DNA from: Haliotis cracherodii | Taxonomy: Eukaryota | Reading direction: 5' to 3' | DNA: 64,000 nt | Assembly (NCBI RefSeq): GCF_022045235.1 | Contig: NW_027266286.1 | Span: 70,680,001 to 70,744,000 of the forward strand | Translations under genes and position numbers: made by a program | The notes under the pieces: generated by a model | The model's input: the letters and a program-made list of their open reading frames with translations, nothing else | Databases searched by the model: none | Told to the model about the DNA's origin: nothing | Shown here: one piece after another, positions 53,223 to 64,000 of the stretch | How positions within the stretch are numbered: position 1 is the first letter of the stretch | Layout: every line of letters starts with the position of its first letter

Positions 53223-53337
53223 TAATATATCGATGAAAGTATAAAACACTGCGGCTATGCCGTATGCACCTTGTATGACATTGATTTGTTACTGCTGAAA
53301 GCTGCATATTCATAATTCACTCACTCACTCACTGCAG

Positions 53338-53517
53338 CGGTGGTCTCAGCTCTGCGGAATCTTCAGGACAAGGTCCGGAAGCTGGAGCTGGAGCGGTCTG
53401 CGGCGGAGAACAACCTGAAGTCGCTGGCGTCGGAGACGTCCCGCTACAAGGACATGCTGCAGGGGGAGCAGGACAACAAGGACTCCACCAGCATCCTCGT
53501 CAACAGACAGACCAAGG
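53338..53517 (+). CDS. CEP57: CEP57 exon 3 (AVVSALRNLQDKVRKLELER...)
   Basis: ctgcag| and |gtgagg; 180 bp; SALxNLQDKxRxLELER centrosome-localisation domain. Confidence 0.95.
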
Positions 53518-54359
53518 GTGAGGGCACCTTCACGCTGTAGCATCAACTCAGACAGGATTGTCTTGTGGATTTCCCCTTTGTTATTTCAATTATACATTCA
53601 GAGCTTGATTTAGCTATATAAAAGATGCACCAGTGCAACCTATTATTGAAAAATGCGACCTAATATTTATGTATGCATGCACATGTGCTTGCACAAGTGT
53701 AAAAAAAATTCAAATTTGTGTCTGACTAACCGTTACAAACGATAGAAGAAAGGCAGATATTTGAAAACAGTTTGGCTTAAAAGGCTTGGGGAGGATAGTC
53801 TATAGAAACACTGCAGTCTGTAAAATCTGCACTGCACAAATGATCTGGCCGAACAACCAATTTAACAACATTGTCATCGTCATTCAACATCGTAACGTGT
53901 GGCATTGTCATCCACTTCAGCTGTGAGATCATTACAAAGTGGGAGCTGCAATGTATTGCAATACAGACTTTCTGCCAATACCCATCCCTGTTATTTACCA
54001 TACTATATCACTCATCCCTGTGTCCTGTGTAACAGTGCAGGTTGAGTCAAGGTCATCAAATCAAACCCTGTCATTTCGGTACAATCTCTGGTTCTTTTAT
54101 CAAGTAAACTACCCATAAACCTATCTTTCTGTCCAGTGCAACATCTGGGCTAAACTCTCAGTATTGAAGAAAACAATGAAAGTACACCTGCTGGAGAAGT
54201 GTTCAGACTAATCTTGTAAGAGAACACAAAATACAACAAGAAAGTATGATAGCATCCACAAACCCGAGCAATATGTACACAGTCATGTGCCCAGTCAGTG
54301 CCTGTAAAGATGCAGTGTAATTTGGTGATGTTCATCTGCAACCACTCAATCTTTTGTCA

Positions 54360-54610
54360 GACCCTTGAAGATCAGGGGTAGAATACGTCTTCATGCTTGC
54401 TGTAAGAGGCAACTGCTTGTCGTAAGAGGCGACTAACAGGATCAGGTGGTCAGGCTCACTGACTTGGTTGATGCATGTCATCATATCCCAATTGCGTGGA
54501 CGATGTTCGTGATGGTAATCACAGGATTATCTGGTCCAGACTCGATTATTTACAGACTGCTGCCATATGGCTTTAAAATTCCTTAGTTTGGCGTTAAACA
54601 ACGAATGAAA
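54360..54610 (+). mobile_element. Family B, full length, two-module type, abutting the CEP57 exon 4 acceptor
   Basis: Flanked by an imperfect duplication cactca(a/t)tctttt(g/c)t(c/t)ag. Confidence 0.85.
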
Positions 54611-54628
54611 CACTCATTCTTTTCTTAG

Positions 54629-54870
54629 AGTTGGGGTCGCAGTTGTCGGCCGCGGAGACGAAGTGTGACGTCCTCGAGAAGCAGCTGAACTACATGAGGA
54701 AGATGGTGCACAATGTGGAGCGGGACCGCCTGGACACCGTCGCCCGCAGCGTCGTCGTGGAACAGCAGAGGGAGGAGGTCATGCCCAGGAAGTTCAAGAT
54801 TCAGGCGGAACGCATCTCCGAGCTGGAGCGAGAACACCTCAAGCTCACAGCCACACAGAATCTAGCAGAG
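54629..54870 (+). CDS. CEP57: CEP57 exon 4 (ELGSQLSAAETKCDVLEKQLNYMRKMV...LTATQNLAE)
   Basis: cttag| and |gtacgt; 242 bp; AAExKCxxLEKQLxYMRxM motif. Confidence 0.95.
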
Positions 54871-55248
54871 GTACGTTACGCATGCCGGGTATAATGTCGA
54901 AGTGAATGAGAAGCTTACCATCATTTGATCATGTTGAGTTAAGACTTTCAATTATTATGATTATTGTTGGGATTTTGGTTATTGTTTGGTTATCTTGAAG
55001 GGTTGAAAATTGGTTGAAGTATGTCAAATGCCTCAAACTGCACAGACTATTGAGAATGTTCATCTTTCCAGGGAGTACTGCGAGACATGTGAACAGTTTG
55101 ATTTACCAATAGATGGGACATTAAAGCAATTACTACAGTTAATTCTGGATATGAGGCGTGGTATTGTTTCATATCACTTCTATACCTTGTCCATGTATTG
55201 ACATTTGTCAAATACAAGACAAGTACAAGTGTAGTGTTTCTTCTACAG

Positions 55249-55326
55249 TCCAAGATACGAGAACTGGAAGACAAGCTGAGAGATGAACGGTTGACCAGAA
55301 GGATGACACAACAGAGAGCTGCAGAG
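55249..55326 (+). CDS. CEP57: CEP57 exon 5 (SKIRELEDKLRDERLTRRMTQQRAAE)
   Basis: ctacag| and |gtactg; 78 bp; phase 0/0. Confidence 0.9.
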
Positions 55327-55589
55327 GTACTGGATTAATGGGCAAGAGTGGCCCTGTGCCCTTCATCCATCTGTTACATGTATTAAATCTTAGCTGCGTT
55401 ATTGCCCCTGTGAACGTCCTCACTTCGCTAAGGTATCAAAGATAAGACATATATTACAAGTTTTTGGTTGCAAAGGAAAAATTATCTGCTTTCACACTTC
55501 TTCCTTTGGCATTTAACATGTTTGAATATTTCTCCAAGTAGGTTATGATGCTTGAAATATTAAAGCATTAATGTTCTTGCTATTGATAG

Positions 55590-56068
55590 TTCAGCTCCAG
55601 TGTATCTGAGTATGGTAGGTCAGTTAACCTTTAACCTTTCAGTTGCATCTCTTTGTAATGCTAGGATCCGGGATAGGTCTTCAGCAACCCATGCTTGTCG
55701 TAAGAGGCGGCTAACGGGATCGGGTGGTCAGGCTCGCTGACTTGGTTTATGAATGTCATCGTTTCCCACTTGCATTGATCGATGCTCATGATGTCAATCG
55801 CTTGATTGTCTGGTCCAGACTTGATTATTTACAGAGCGCTGTCATATAGCTGGAATATTGCTGAGTGTGGCATTAAACAACAAACAAACAAACTGTAATG
55901 CTAGGATCTGCTTATTGTGGGTTTGAATCCAAGATTCTGCCCTGATTATGATCCTTGGTCTGTCTGCACCATACCTGTGGTCAAGCTTTCACTCCTGTTA
56001 TATATGTCTTCCATCTGCTTTACACTGGGTTTTCCTCCAACATCCAGCTGACATGATATATAACTGAC
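55590..56068 (+). mobile_element. Decayed family C SINE interrupted by a family B copy
   Basis: Flanks rejoin to agttgcatctct...ttgtgggtttgaatcc...ctgattatg...gggttttcctccaacatccagctgaca. Confidence 0.65.
55669..55893 (+). mobile_element. Family B, young, slightly 5'-truncated
   Basis: Perfect 15-bp TSD tgtaatgctaggatc at 55654-55668 and 55894-55908. Confidence 0.92.
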
Positions 56069-56104
56069 CTCCCGTTCAACTCATGCCAATATGTCGTCTT
56101 CCAG

Positions 56105-56308
56105 CGGGAAACAGATGCTGCAGCTCAGAGAGTGTACTTCGCTGCAGAGGCCAATGGTCGACCGCCGGTGAAAGCCAAGAAGCCAACAAAGAAGAAAAAG
56201 AAGAAAGTAGTGGCCCCTAAGAAGACGAGCAACCACAACACCAGGAAGGCAGAACCCTCCAAACACTACAGGCTGAACCTGGCAGAGATTCCCTTTGTGG
56301 CTGGGAGG
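56105..56308 (+). CDS. CEP57: CEP57 exon 6 (RETDAAAQ...KKKKK...HYRLNLAEIPFVAGR)
   Basis: ttccag| and |gttagt; 204 bp; HYRL...PFVAG motif. Confidence 0.92.
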
Positions 56309-56325
56309 GTTAGTATGGTTAGACG

Positions 56326-57468
56326 CAGGGGTCCGGAAAATTTAAAATCCCATTCGGACATTTACATTTATGCCACGCCCCCTTCAAACAGCGTGTTTTA
56401 GTACGACTTTTTACACACAAATTACAAGTTGTTACGTATTCATAATATGATGAATTATGAATTGTTTCAATTTAAATTGTTTAATTCACCAAACAATTAA
56501 TAACAAATAATATCATTTTAGATATATATGGAAAACATACGTTTGTTTCTGTTATAATAACGATCTGTCAACGTTGTGAACGGTCTAATTAATATTCATG
56601 AGTCTGCTCAAGTGTACGCGTTGTAACATTTGGATCGAGACTATTATCCCATATTTGGTTATCACGTGACCTCACGGGAAAAGTTTGTTTAAAACTAAAG
56701 ATTATTTAAAAACAAGACAGATAATATAATCATAAATCCTAAACTATCGTTGATAGCAATAGTTATTTGAATACTTTTTCATCTGTACTTAATTATTGAC
56801 CATAAAAAAAATTGATATCGATCGTCACAGAAAGCAAAATGGCGGTCAATCAAGATTCTTATATACGACTAGCTACTGAAAACAATAAAATCTGCAAATC
56901 CTCATTGTATGTCAACCAAGTAAAAGTCGTTAGCCACGACTTACAAAATGATCATTCAGACTTTGAGGGTTTGGCAGATCCGCTCGACTGATCTGCATCG
57001 GTCGACTGGCTGTGGTCACGCTTTCGCTTTTTGTCTGAGGTTACATATCGTAGCATTGTGAGGATAATGAGGTACATCGATGATGCAAGGTATTTATGTA
57101 CAGTTGTAAACACATTTTACTCAAATTAACAAGATGCTCTCAGTAATAAATCCTCGATTAATCAGTGTCAACTCAGTTTATTGCCTATTACAGTGATTGA
57201 CCGACTGGACTAGTACGATGTATTTACAGCAATCAAAACAAACAAAGCTTGTCAGTGTAGATAATCTTCATTGTGTTACAACTGCTGACAGAAATTGCTC
57301 AGTCCTAACTGTTGATCATGTCCGGTCAAAATTTAAGAATGTCCGGACAATACTTTTTAAAATGTCCGGACAGAAAAATTTAAATGTCCGGTAAGCAATA
57401 TTTCAAACCGGACATTTGAGATTCCCAATCGGACATGTCCGGCGCATTTGACGGTTTCCGGACCCCTG
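56326..57468. mobile_element. Young non-autonomous hAT element (1143 bp)
   Basis: TIR CAGGGGTCCGGAAA/TTTCCGGACCCCTG; perfect 8-bp TSD gttagacg; TGTCCGG subterminal repeats. Confidence 0.92.
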
Positions 57469-57646
57469 GTTAGACGTTATCAGAGATTGACTTTTCCTTG
57501 ATTTGATTGGCTGCTGTAGAATTACAGCTCTCTATTGGTGGGATTAATCTATATGTCATTGTTATACCAGTACATTCCATGGATTTACCCTTTCACTATG
57601 AGTGACATCTCTAATAGCACATTGGTAAATTGATGGAGGACTACTA

Positions 57647-58116
57647 TTTTTTATCCACCACAACACCTTTTGCAAGGGGTATTAAAATGCTCAATGCAGT
57701 CCATCTGTTCGTTCGTGCATCTGTCCATGCAAGGTGTCACTTCTGGAGCAAATATTGAAAACCCTACAGTATTTCTTTACTAAACTTGGCACATAGATAG
57801 CTCTAGTTGTGAACTGGTTCCTTTTGATAGTTTTGGATTTTCGACAAAAATATTTTTCGACTTTCCATGGCAACAACTTTGACTTAGAGTGAAAATGGTG
57901 GTAGTTCTCGTTTCTGGAACAGATCTTGAAAACCATACAATATATCTTTACTAACTTGGCGTGCAGATAGGTCTAGTGGTGAACTGGTGCCTTTTGATTG
58001 TTTGGAATTTTTTAAAACTTTATTTTTCGAGTTTCCATGGCAAACTATATATATGTAACTTGTTGATATATTCAAGACAAGTATTTTGAGGAGGATATCA
58101 ATGACGTCCTCTTGTT
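57647..58116 (+). mobile_element. Helentron/HINE (pearl/DINE-like) non-autonomous element
   Basis: TTTTTAT start, degenerate (GTCC/GTTC) microsatellite, about 170-bp internal tandem duplication, short hairpin before CTTGTT end. Confidence 0.6.
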
Positions 58117-58265
58117 ATTATAATTACCTAAGTTTTAATTCAATCCATACTTTAGGTACAGGTTAATGGTATCTCCATCAAGTTTGATTCTGTTAATGTT
58201 CTGGACACATGCTGTTTATGGTAAAGTTCTTGATGTAATGTAAGTGATGACGTTTTTCTACACAG

Positions 58266-58477
58266 GCAACAACCCCAAGCCATGCTGTAGGCGCCAATGT
58301 CCAAAGGGTTCTTGCTTGGATGAAGACCCACAGCACAGCCCTGTGCCAGGAACACTACCAGAATGGTGACATTCCCAGCACCGAGAGCGCCTCCTCCAGC
58401 TCCAGCAGCAACAGCCTCGACAACGACCTCTCCGACATCCTGCTAGCACTGCAGGATGAGTTTGGGCAGCTCAGCTG
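58266..58477 (+). CDS. CEP57: CEP57 exon 7 (ATTPSHAVGANVQRVL...LSDILLALQDEFGQLS)
   Basis: cacag| and |gtaaga; 212 bp; PSHAVxANVQ and LQDEFGQ motifs. Confidence 0.94.
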
Positions 58478-59075
58478 GTAAGAAGAACTTCCTATAGATC
58501 ATGGGGTGAAGGCCGTCTGTAAGATGGTCATCAGGGTAAACCTTGACTTACAAAAGTGGGGGTTCAGAGGACCCCAGTAATTAATTTTTAGGGTCCTTGT
58601 AAATTAATGAAATGGTGTAGTGTACTGTATGTTTAGATAATTACTTTGGAGCCTGGAATGAATCAATGGTCATGTGGACAGTGGTCATGATTGATGGGTG
58701 ATGGGTGAAATGACAGGCGCCCATCACTGCTGTTGATTCACAGAGATTTATCTAGTCCTGCCCCAAAGCTGATATTTGGCCCCAAGTGTGCAGCAAATTT
58801 CAGTAAAATTTCCCAAAATAAATTAATAAATTCCCAATATTGATGAGTGATGAGTTAAGCAACAAGCAAACCACAGTGGCCATGCTGGTGTTTCAGACTG
58901 ATCGGTATGCTGTATCACACCTTTTAGGTTTAGATTCCAGCCAAAACAACAAGATGACTTGCTTTAGAATCTGTTGATATCAGGCAAGTCCCAAATTATT
59001 GGTTGGAGTTTTGAAAAAAAAATTGCACTTGCTCCTGAACATGTTTTTTTGATGAGTCATATTTGATGCTACACA

Positions 59076-59329
59076 CCTGTGGATATCCGAGGTGAATAGG
59101 TCTTCAGTAACCCATGCTTGCTGTAAAAGGTGACTATGCTTGTCGTAAGGATAGGGTGGTGTGGTTCGCTGACTTAGTTGATTCATGTTATCGTCTCACA
59201 GTTGTGAGGATCGATGCTCATGATGTCATTCACTGGATTTTCTGGTCCAGACTCGATGATTTTTCAGACTGCTGTCATATAGCTGGAACATTGCTGAGTG
59301 CGATGTTAAACAACAAACAATCAATCAAC
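59076..59329 (+). mobile_element. Family B, two-module type
   Basis: 11-bp TSD gatgctacaca. Confidence 0.88.
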
Positions 59330-59471
59330 GATGCTACACATTCCCATTTGTGAGAACTAGTTTATACAAAAACATCAAAGGGACTGTAACAGAAGTCTGG
59401 ATCTGCCCACACCTGTTATGTATGAATCTATAATCAGATAGCTGTTGAGGGTAATGTTCTCCTTTCACCAG

Positions 59472-59616
59472 CGAGCACCAGGAACTGGTCAAGCAGATCA
59501 ATGAGGTGGCTGACCTGCGGGCAAGGGAAGACATGGAAAGGGAGTTAGACAGTCTCATTGTCAAGATGGACGTCAAGGGGCAACAAATATCAAAAGTCAG
59601 ACAGCATCAACAGAAG
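59472..59616 (+). CDS. CEP57: CEP57 exon 8 (EHQELVKQI...ELDSLIVKMDVKGQQISKVRQHQQK), microtubule-binding domain
   Basis: accag| and |gtcagt; 145 bp; phase 2 to 0. Confidence 0.93.
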
Positions 59617-60210
59617 GTCAGTCTGAGTAACTTCATATTGGAATAAAATATTCCTGATAAAATAATAGTTTCAGATACAATTCTTTTGATCATTGTATAA
59701 AAATTCTTAAAAGTTATATTATTGGGTAATTATTAACCCAATCACCGGTAGATTCAGAGAAAAGTGTGTACAGCTGATTGCTACTTCCGGCTTAGTTTAC
59801 GAGAAAATAAACACGGTAATCTTAATCTCTACAGGAAATACAATTTAGTCGGTAAATCATCATGTCTAGTTGGGTTTTTTTGTCTTAAATTTTAAATTTG
59901 TATTGACCAGGTTTAATTGTTATGATCTGTTTGTTTCCCTGAATACGAAGGATATGATGTAAATATTTCTGCGGAAGACACATTTTTATTGCAAATGTAG
60001 GGATTGCGCATGCGCTGGTGTTGTGCTTCAATCCGATTCGCTTTATAGACGGGGTATATACGTTACACGTTTCTGATGGAAAGTTTTGGGGCATTCAGGA
60101 AATCGCAGGAATGGGGCTATTTCTGTTTTTGCAATGATGCAACACCTGTCTAGTTTTAATACATATTTGCCACTTTTTATCAAATAGATCATAATTTTCT
60201 TCATTCACAG

Positions 60211-60474
60211 GTGGAAGATATGAAACGAAAAATGAAGACAAAAAAGTCGAAAGATGCCCCTTCTCACCCACGCCCTCAGTCTGCCATGGCAAGTTTCCCA
60301 GCTAGGAGAACCTGTGAAAGTACACATTCCAATTCCAACCCCAAAACTCAGTGCTGTACAAGTCGAACGTCGCGGCAACACACTGCCAGTGCCCGACAAG
60401 TTTCACTGGACGTTCTCAAAGACATGAAAAAATTACAAACAACATTACGGAAAGACGACCTATGCTGGGAATGA
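60211..60474 (+). CDS. CEP57: CEP57 last coding exon (...LKDMKKLQTTLRKDDLCWE*)
   Basis: cacag| acceptor; TGA at 60472-60474; conserved L+DM..LQ..L...D.CW C-terminus. Confidence 0.94.
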   Translation: MEDMKRKMKTKKSKDAPSHPRPQSAMASFPARRTCESTHSNSNPKTQCCTSRTSRQHTASARQVSLDVLKDMKKLQTTLRKDDLCWE

Positions 60475-61039
60475 GACGTGGCGCCATTGTGATATTATAA
60501 CGAATTGTACAGACAAACCTATGGAATTATTTATTTATGTATATACAGTGGTCACAACAGAGGCTTTTGCCACCATCTTTTAACCACACTTGCTACAAGG
60601 AAATCTCAACAGGAAGGCTGTGTTATTTTGTTATCTTGTTTTTGTCTTGTTTCTGCATGTTTGGAGGCAACCAGATCTGCGTTTTTGAGCATTTAGGCCA
60701 AACTGTTTCATTTTTGTCTATTTTCAAGGGTTTTTTTCACAAAAGAAGATTTGAGGTTATAAAATATAATACTGTTGTACATAACAACATACAAACCAAA
60801 CGGTTTTTAAAAAGAGCGTATTTTCAATGACACAGGATTTATGTGTTTTTTTCCATAATTCTAAATCCATAGAAAATGACAATAATTGTTCTGGCTGTAA
60901 ACAAAAAAAGGAAAGAAATTTGAACTTTTTCAGTATTATTTGTATATGAGATTGAAAGTATTTGACCTAGGACCTTATTGCGTACATATATTTCAAATTA
61001 GCAAATTAATTATGCAACAGCATGTACTAAGGTTTTTTA

Positions 61040-61700
61040 TAGTCCTCGTCACTTGAAATGGAATCATGAAATATTGCGATGATTAATTAACGAGAATAGC
61101 TGCATGTGTGCTAATACTTACAAAGTGCAAACAAGCCATTCCGCCGATAAGGAATATTACTTACTGTAGAGTCAAAACTTACGAAGTAAGATTTTCAAGA
61201 AATGTCCATATTCTCTGTGATAAACATCATCATTCAGTTTTGATCATGTGGTTACAATCCGACTGAAGAGTGGCAATCTGGTAACGGCGAGCAACTATAC
61301 TGAGCAGTGTGTGCAGCGGAAGTTCATTACCAGCACGAACTGAAAGAGAAGCATGTGCAGATGTGGTATTTGAAGCGCTACTGATTTATAACCACTTGCA
61401 GGCACCTGACTGCCGATTCACACTCGTACTCTAACCATGTGATCAAAACTCAATGATGATGTTCATCACAAAGAAAATCACACATTTCAATTTCATTACT
61501 GTTATGAATATTCTTGAATGGCGGAATGGATTTGTTTTCAAATTTATAAGTGAACGAGTTAAAATTTAAATTTAACCTCACATCGGCATTATTTCAGCTA
61601 TATAGCGACGATAAATATATAAGTATTAGCACACATGCAGCTTTCTCTGTTAATTAATCATTGCAATATTTCGTGATTTTATTTCAAGTGGTGAGGACTA
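61040..61700. mobile_element. Foldback MITE with about 80-bp TAGTCC TIRs plus an inner inverted repeat; decayed relative at 14226-14705
   Basis: tagtcctcgtcacttgaaat...gtgctaatactta vs taagtattagcac...atttcaagtggtgaggacta; inner arms at about 61223-61253 and 61433-61463. Confidence 0.75.
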
Positions 61701-64000
61701 GACTATAGTCCTGGAGTGCTATAGGATCAGTAGTGAGCTTCAAGGAGATTTTCTGCAAGAGACTAGCAACATGAGAGACAGAATATTTGCAATTCCTGTT
61801 ACAAATAGGTTGTTTGGTTTACTACCCATGGTTATTTTTGGATGAAATGTTAAAAAATATTTGGGATAACCTTTATTATGTATTTAATAATCATTATTCA
61901 TTTAGGATGATATGTCTGTATATATCAGCTATATTTATATACTCAAGCCTTCATTCTTGATCACTTGGTTTACATGTTTTGTTATGAAATTAAAATGTCT
62001 TTTGAAAGATAAACGTCTATAAAGAATTCTTTTAAATATTGTTGGAGGAAACTGAAAAGGGTTTGATTTTTTTTAACTTCACTTCCCATTTTGCTTGACT
62101 TTGAAGATTTCAACAGATTTGGAGGGATTTTTTTTTTCTGAAACAATTTCTGTTTTCGTACAGTGAATCAAGTAATTAAAAAGAAAAGTTTGAGAAATAT
62201 GTACAAATCAAATAACCTAAGGTGCAAATATCCGTACACATACCTCAATACTATTGCTTTTACTTATGTCTGTATTGCTCAAAGTGTTGTATTAGTGCTA
62301 CATAGTATCTGTTTCACAAGAGTATCCTTTATCTCATGTACTTATCTGGAATACCGTTCACATGTCAAATACAGAACCTTGAAAAGGTTCACATGCTTAT
62401 AACAAATTTACAGTAATTTTATCTACTTTTAAACTTTTGATTTTATATGACAGCCTAGGCTAGTCATGAATTTTACAATTTTCTCATTTATTCCTCATCC
62501 CTGACTCTAGATGCTCCATTTCTTACACACAGGTAAAACACATGTAGATCCCCAGTACATTAATGAGGTAGACTATGTTGTCATTTTTTGTGTCCGAACT
62601 TTTTTTCTACTTTGTTATATTTGCTCATAGGATGAGGCGACTATAGCATGTATAGTGACATGTTTCAGTTTACTGCATTCCACAGTCCTGCTTATTCCAG
62701 CCTGTTACTTATTCCTCAGTGTCTCCATTCCTTTATAGTTTGTTGTTTCGGAGGAGACTGACACTGAATCTGTTCACAGAAATACACACATGCATACAGT
62801 GTATGATCTGGGGCTGCACTGATGCTCATTTTCATAAGGCTTGTCTTATTGATTTTGATCTTGTTTTCGTTGATGCTATAGCTTGTAAATGCCACTGTTG
62901 AAATACATGTAGGTCAATATCATTGGGTCAATATCACTGCATTGGTGTTCCTGTGAGATACAGGCAATTGTCATGATGCATTAGAGCATCAGTTGATCAT
63001 CCATTCCCAGTGTCATCAACACCTCCCTCAGAACATGGTATTATGGGATTCCACTGCAGGTGGGTTGTTGTGGAAGTGCTGCACACATGTACTCACGGTG
63101 TATAGGTTCGGCTGCACTGATGATCAACTTAAGTCGTTTTGGAGCATCCTAATCGTCCAAGTCATTTATGACTGCTGGAATTATGACAATTAAAACAGTT
63201 TATTCAAAAGTTGATAGCTTCTGAGAGTAATAGGTAGTACCCCATGCTTGACATACCAGCTGACTGAGGATTGGCGGGTTACAGTGTTTAACCCAGGGCT
63301 GCACTGATGGTCATGTTAGAGGAAATTGTTGACATGGATTTCCATCCTGTCTTCATTGGCTCTGAAAGAAATCTGCCTCATTACCATTGCAGATACTGAT
63401 AGTGTCTAGATACATCAGTGCATCAGTGGAGTCATTTCGTCATCAACACCTTCATCAGTGTAGTGTGGGTCCAGAGCAGGTGAGGTACACAAAAATTGAC
63501 GTAACAGTCCACTCATGGATACTGTGACATAGTTGGAATATTTGTGACTTCAGCGTAAAACAATATTCGATCACTCACCCGTCAACATTCAATCACTCAC
63601 CCGTAACTACATTTATCAGCCATATAAAAATCAAATAATGTCAACGTTGTGCCTTTCTTAGACAGAAGAATCATTGTGCCATCATTATGCCTTTATAGCT
63701 GTAAGTGTAAGCTGTTGTCTGTAGTACCTGGTGTGATCCTGTCACTGTCCTGCTGTTGTCACTGGCTTGCTGTTGTCACTGTCCTCAGTAAATGAACTCA
63801 CGCTTGACCTTTTCCGAAGAATGATTATGGAGTTCTTCCATATGAGGGAGTGATAGGTTAAGCTAGTTGTTAAGGTGTCCATATTCATACATATTTCAAG
63901 ACAGACAAATTTCTGTCCTTGTGCTACAGATTCTCTTTGTGAATTTGCAAAGAGGCAGGAGACATAAGTTTAGAGGGTATATATACTAATTTCCATTGAA

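Noticed and set aside
63432-63452. CTGATGA...GAAA hammerhead-like string on the minus strand
   Set aside because: Stem II does not pair and there is no credible stem I or III
63727-63845. Short minus-strand ORF MEELHNHSSEKVKREFIY
   Set aside because: 18 codons, no acceptor and no recognisable homology

Overview
Eukaryotic (animal) genomic DNA. The SINE repertoire suggests a mollusc, probably a gastropod such as abalone (inference). Three spliced protein-coding genes can be built by hand with GT-AG boundaries and consistent phases: (1) the last 5 exons of RTN4IP1 (+, 3-6275); (2) a complete FAM76A/B ortholog (-, 32962->17696, 9 exons, 417 aa); (3) a complete CEP57/CEP57L1 ortholog (+, 33407-60474, 9 exons, about 510 aa). 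FAM76 and CEP57 are head-to-head across a 444-bp promoter, as FAM76B-CEP57 are in human. Almost all ORFs in the supplied track are spurious or exon fragments. Introns and intergenic DNA are dense with transposons: three short retroposon families sharing one 3' tail (A, B, C), a Meta-like SINE, a decayed mariner, an internally deleted DIRS1 element, a Penelope-like end with a minimal hammerhead, many TIR MITEs, a Helentron-like element and several minisatellites. The most unusual signals are structural: (i) family B has no tRNA head and instead starts with a conserved pseudoknotted, ribozyme-like module; (ii) a 69-bp hairpin in a TIR-less element carries three tandem G.A mismatches and a GAAA loop that favour folding of one strand only. 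Family and superfamily names come from recognition of motifs, not database searches; repeat boundaries without TSDs are approximate.
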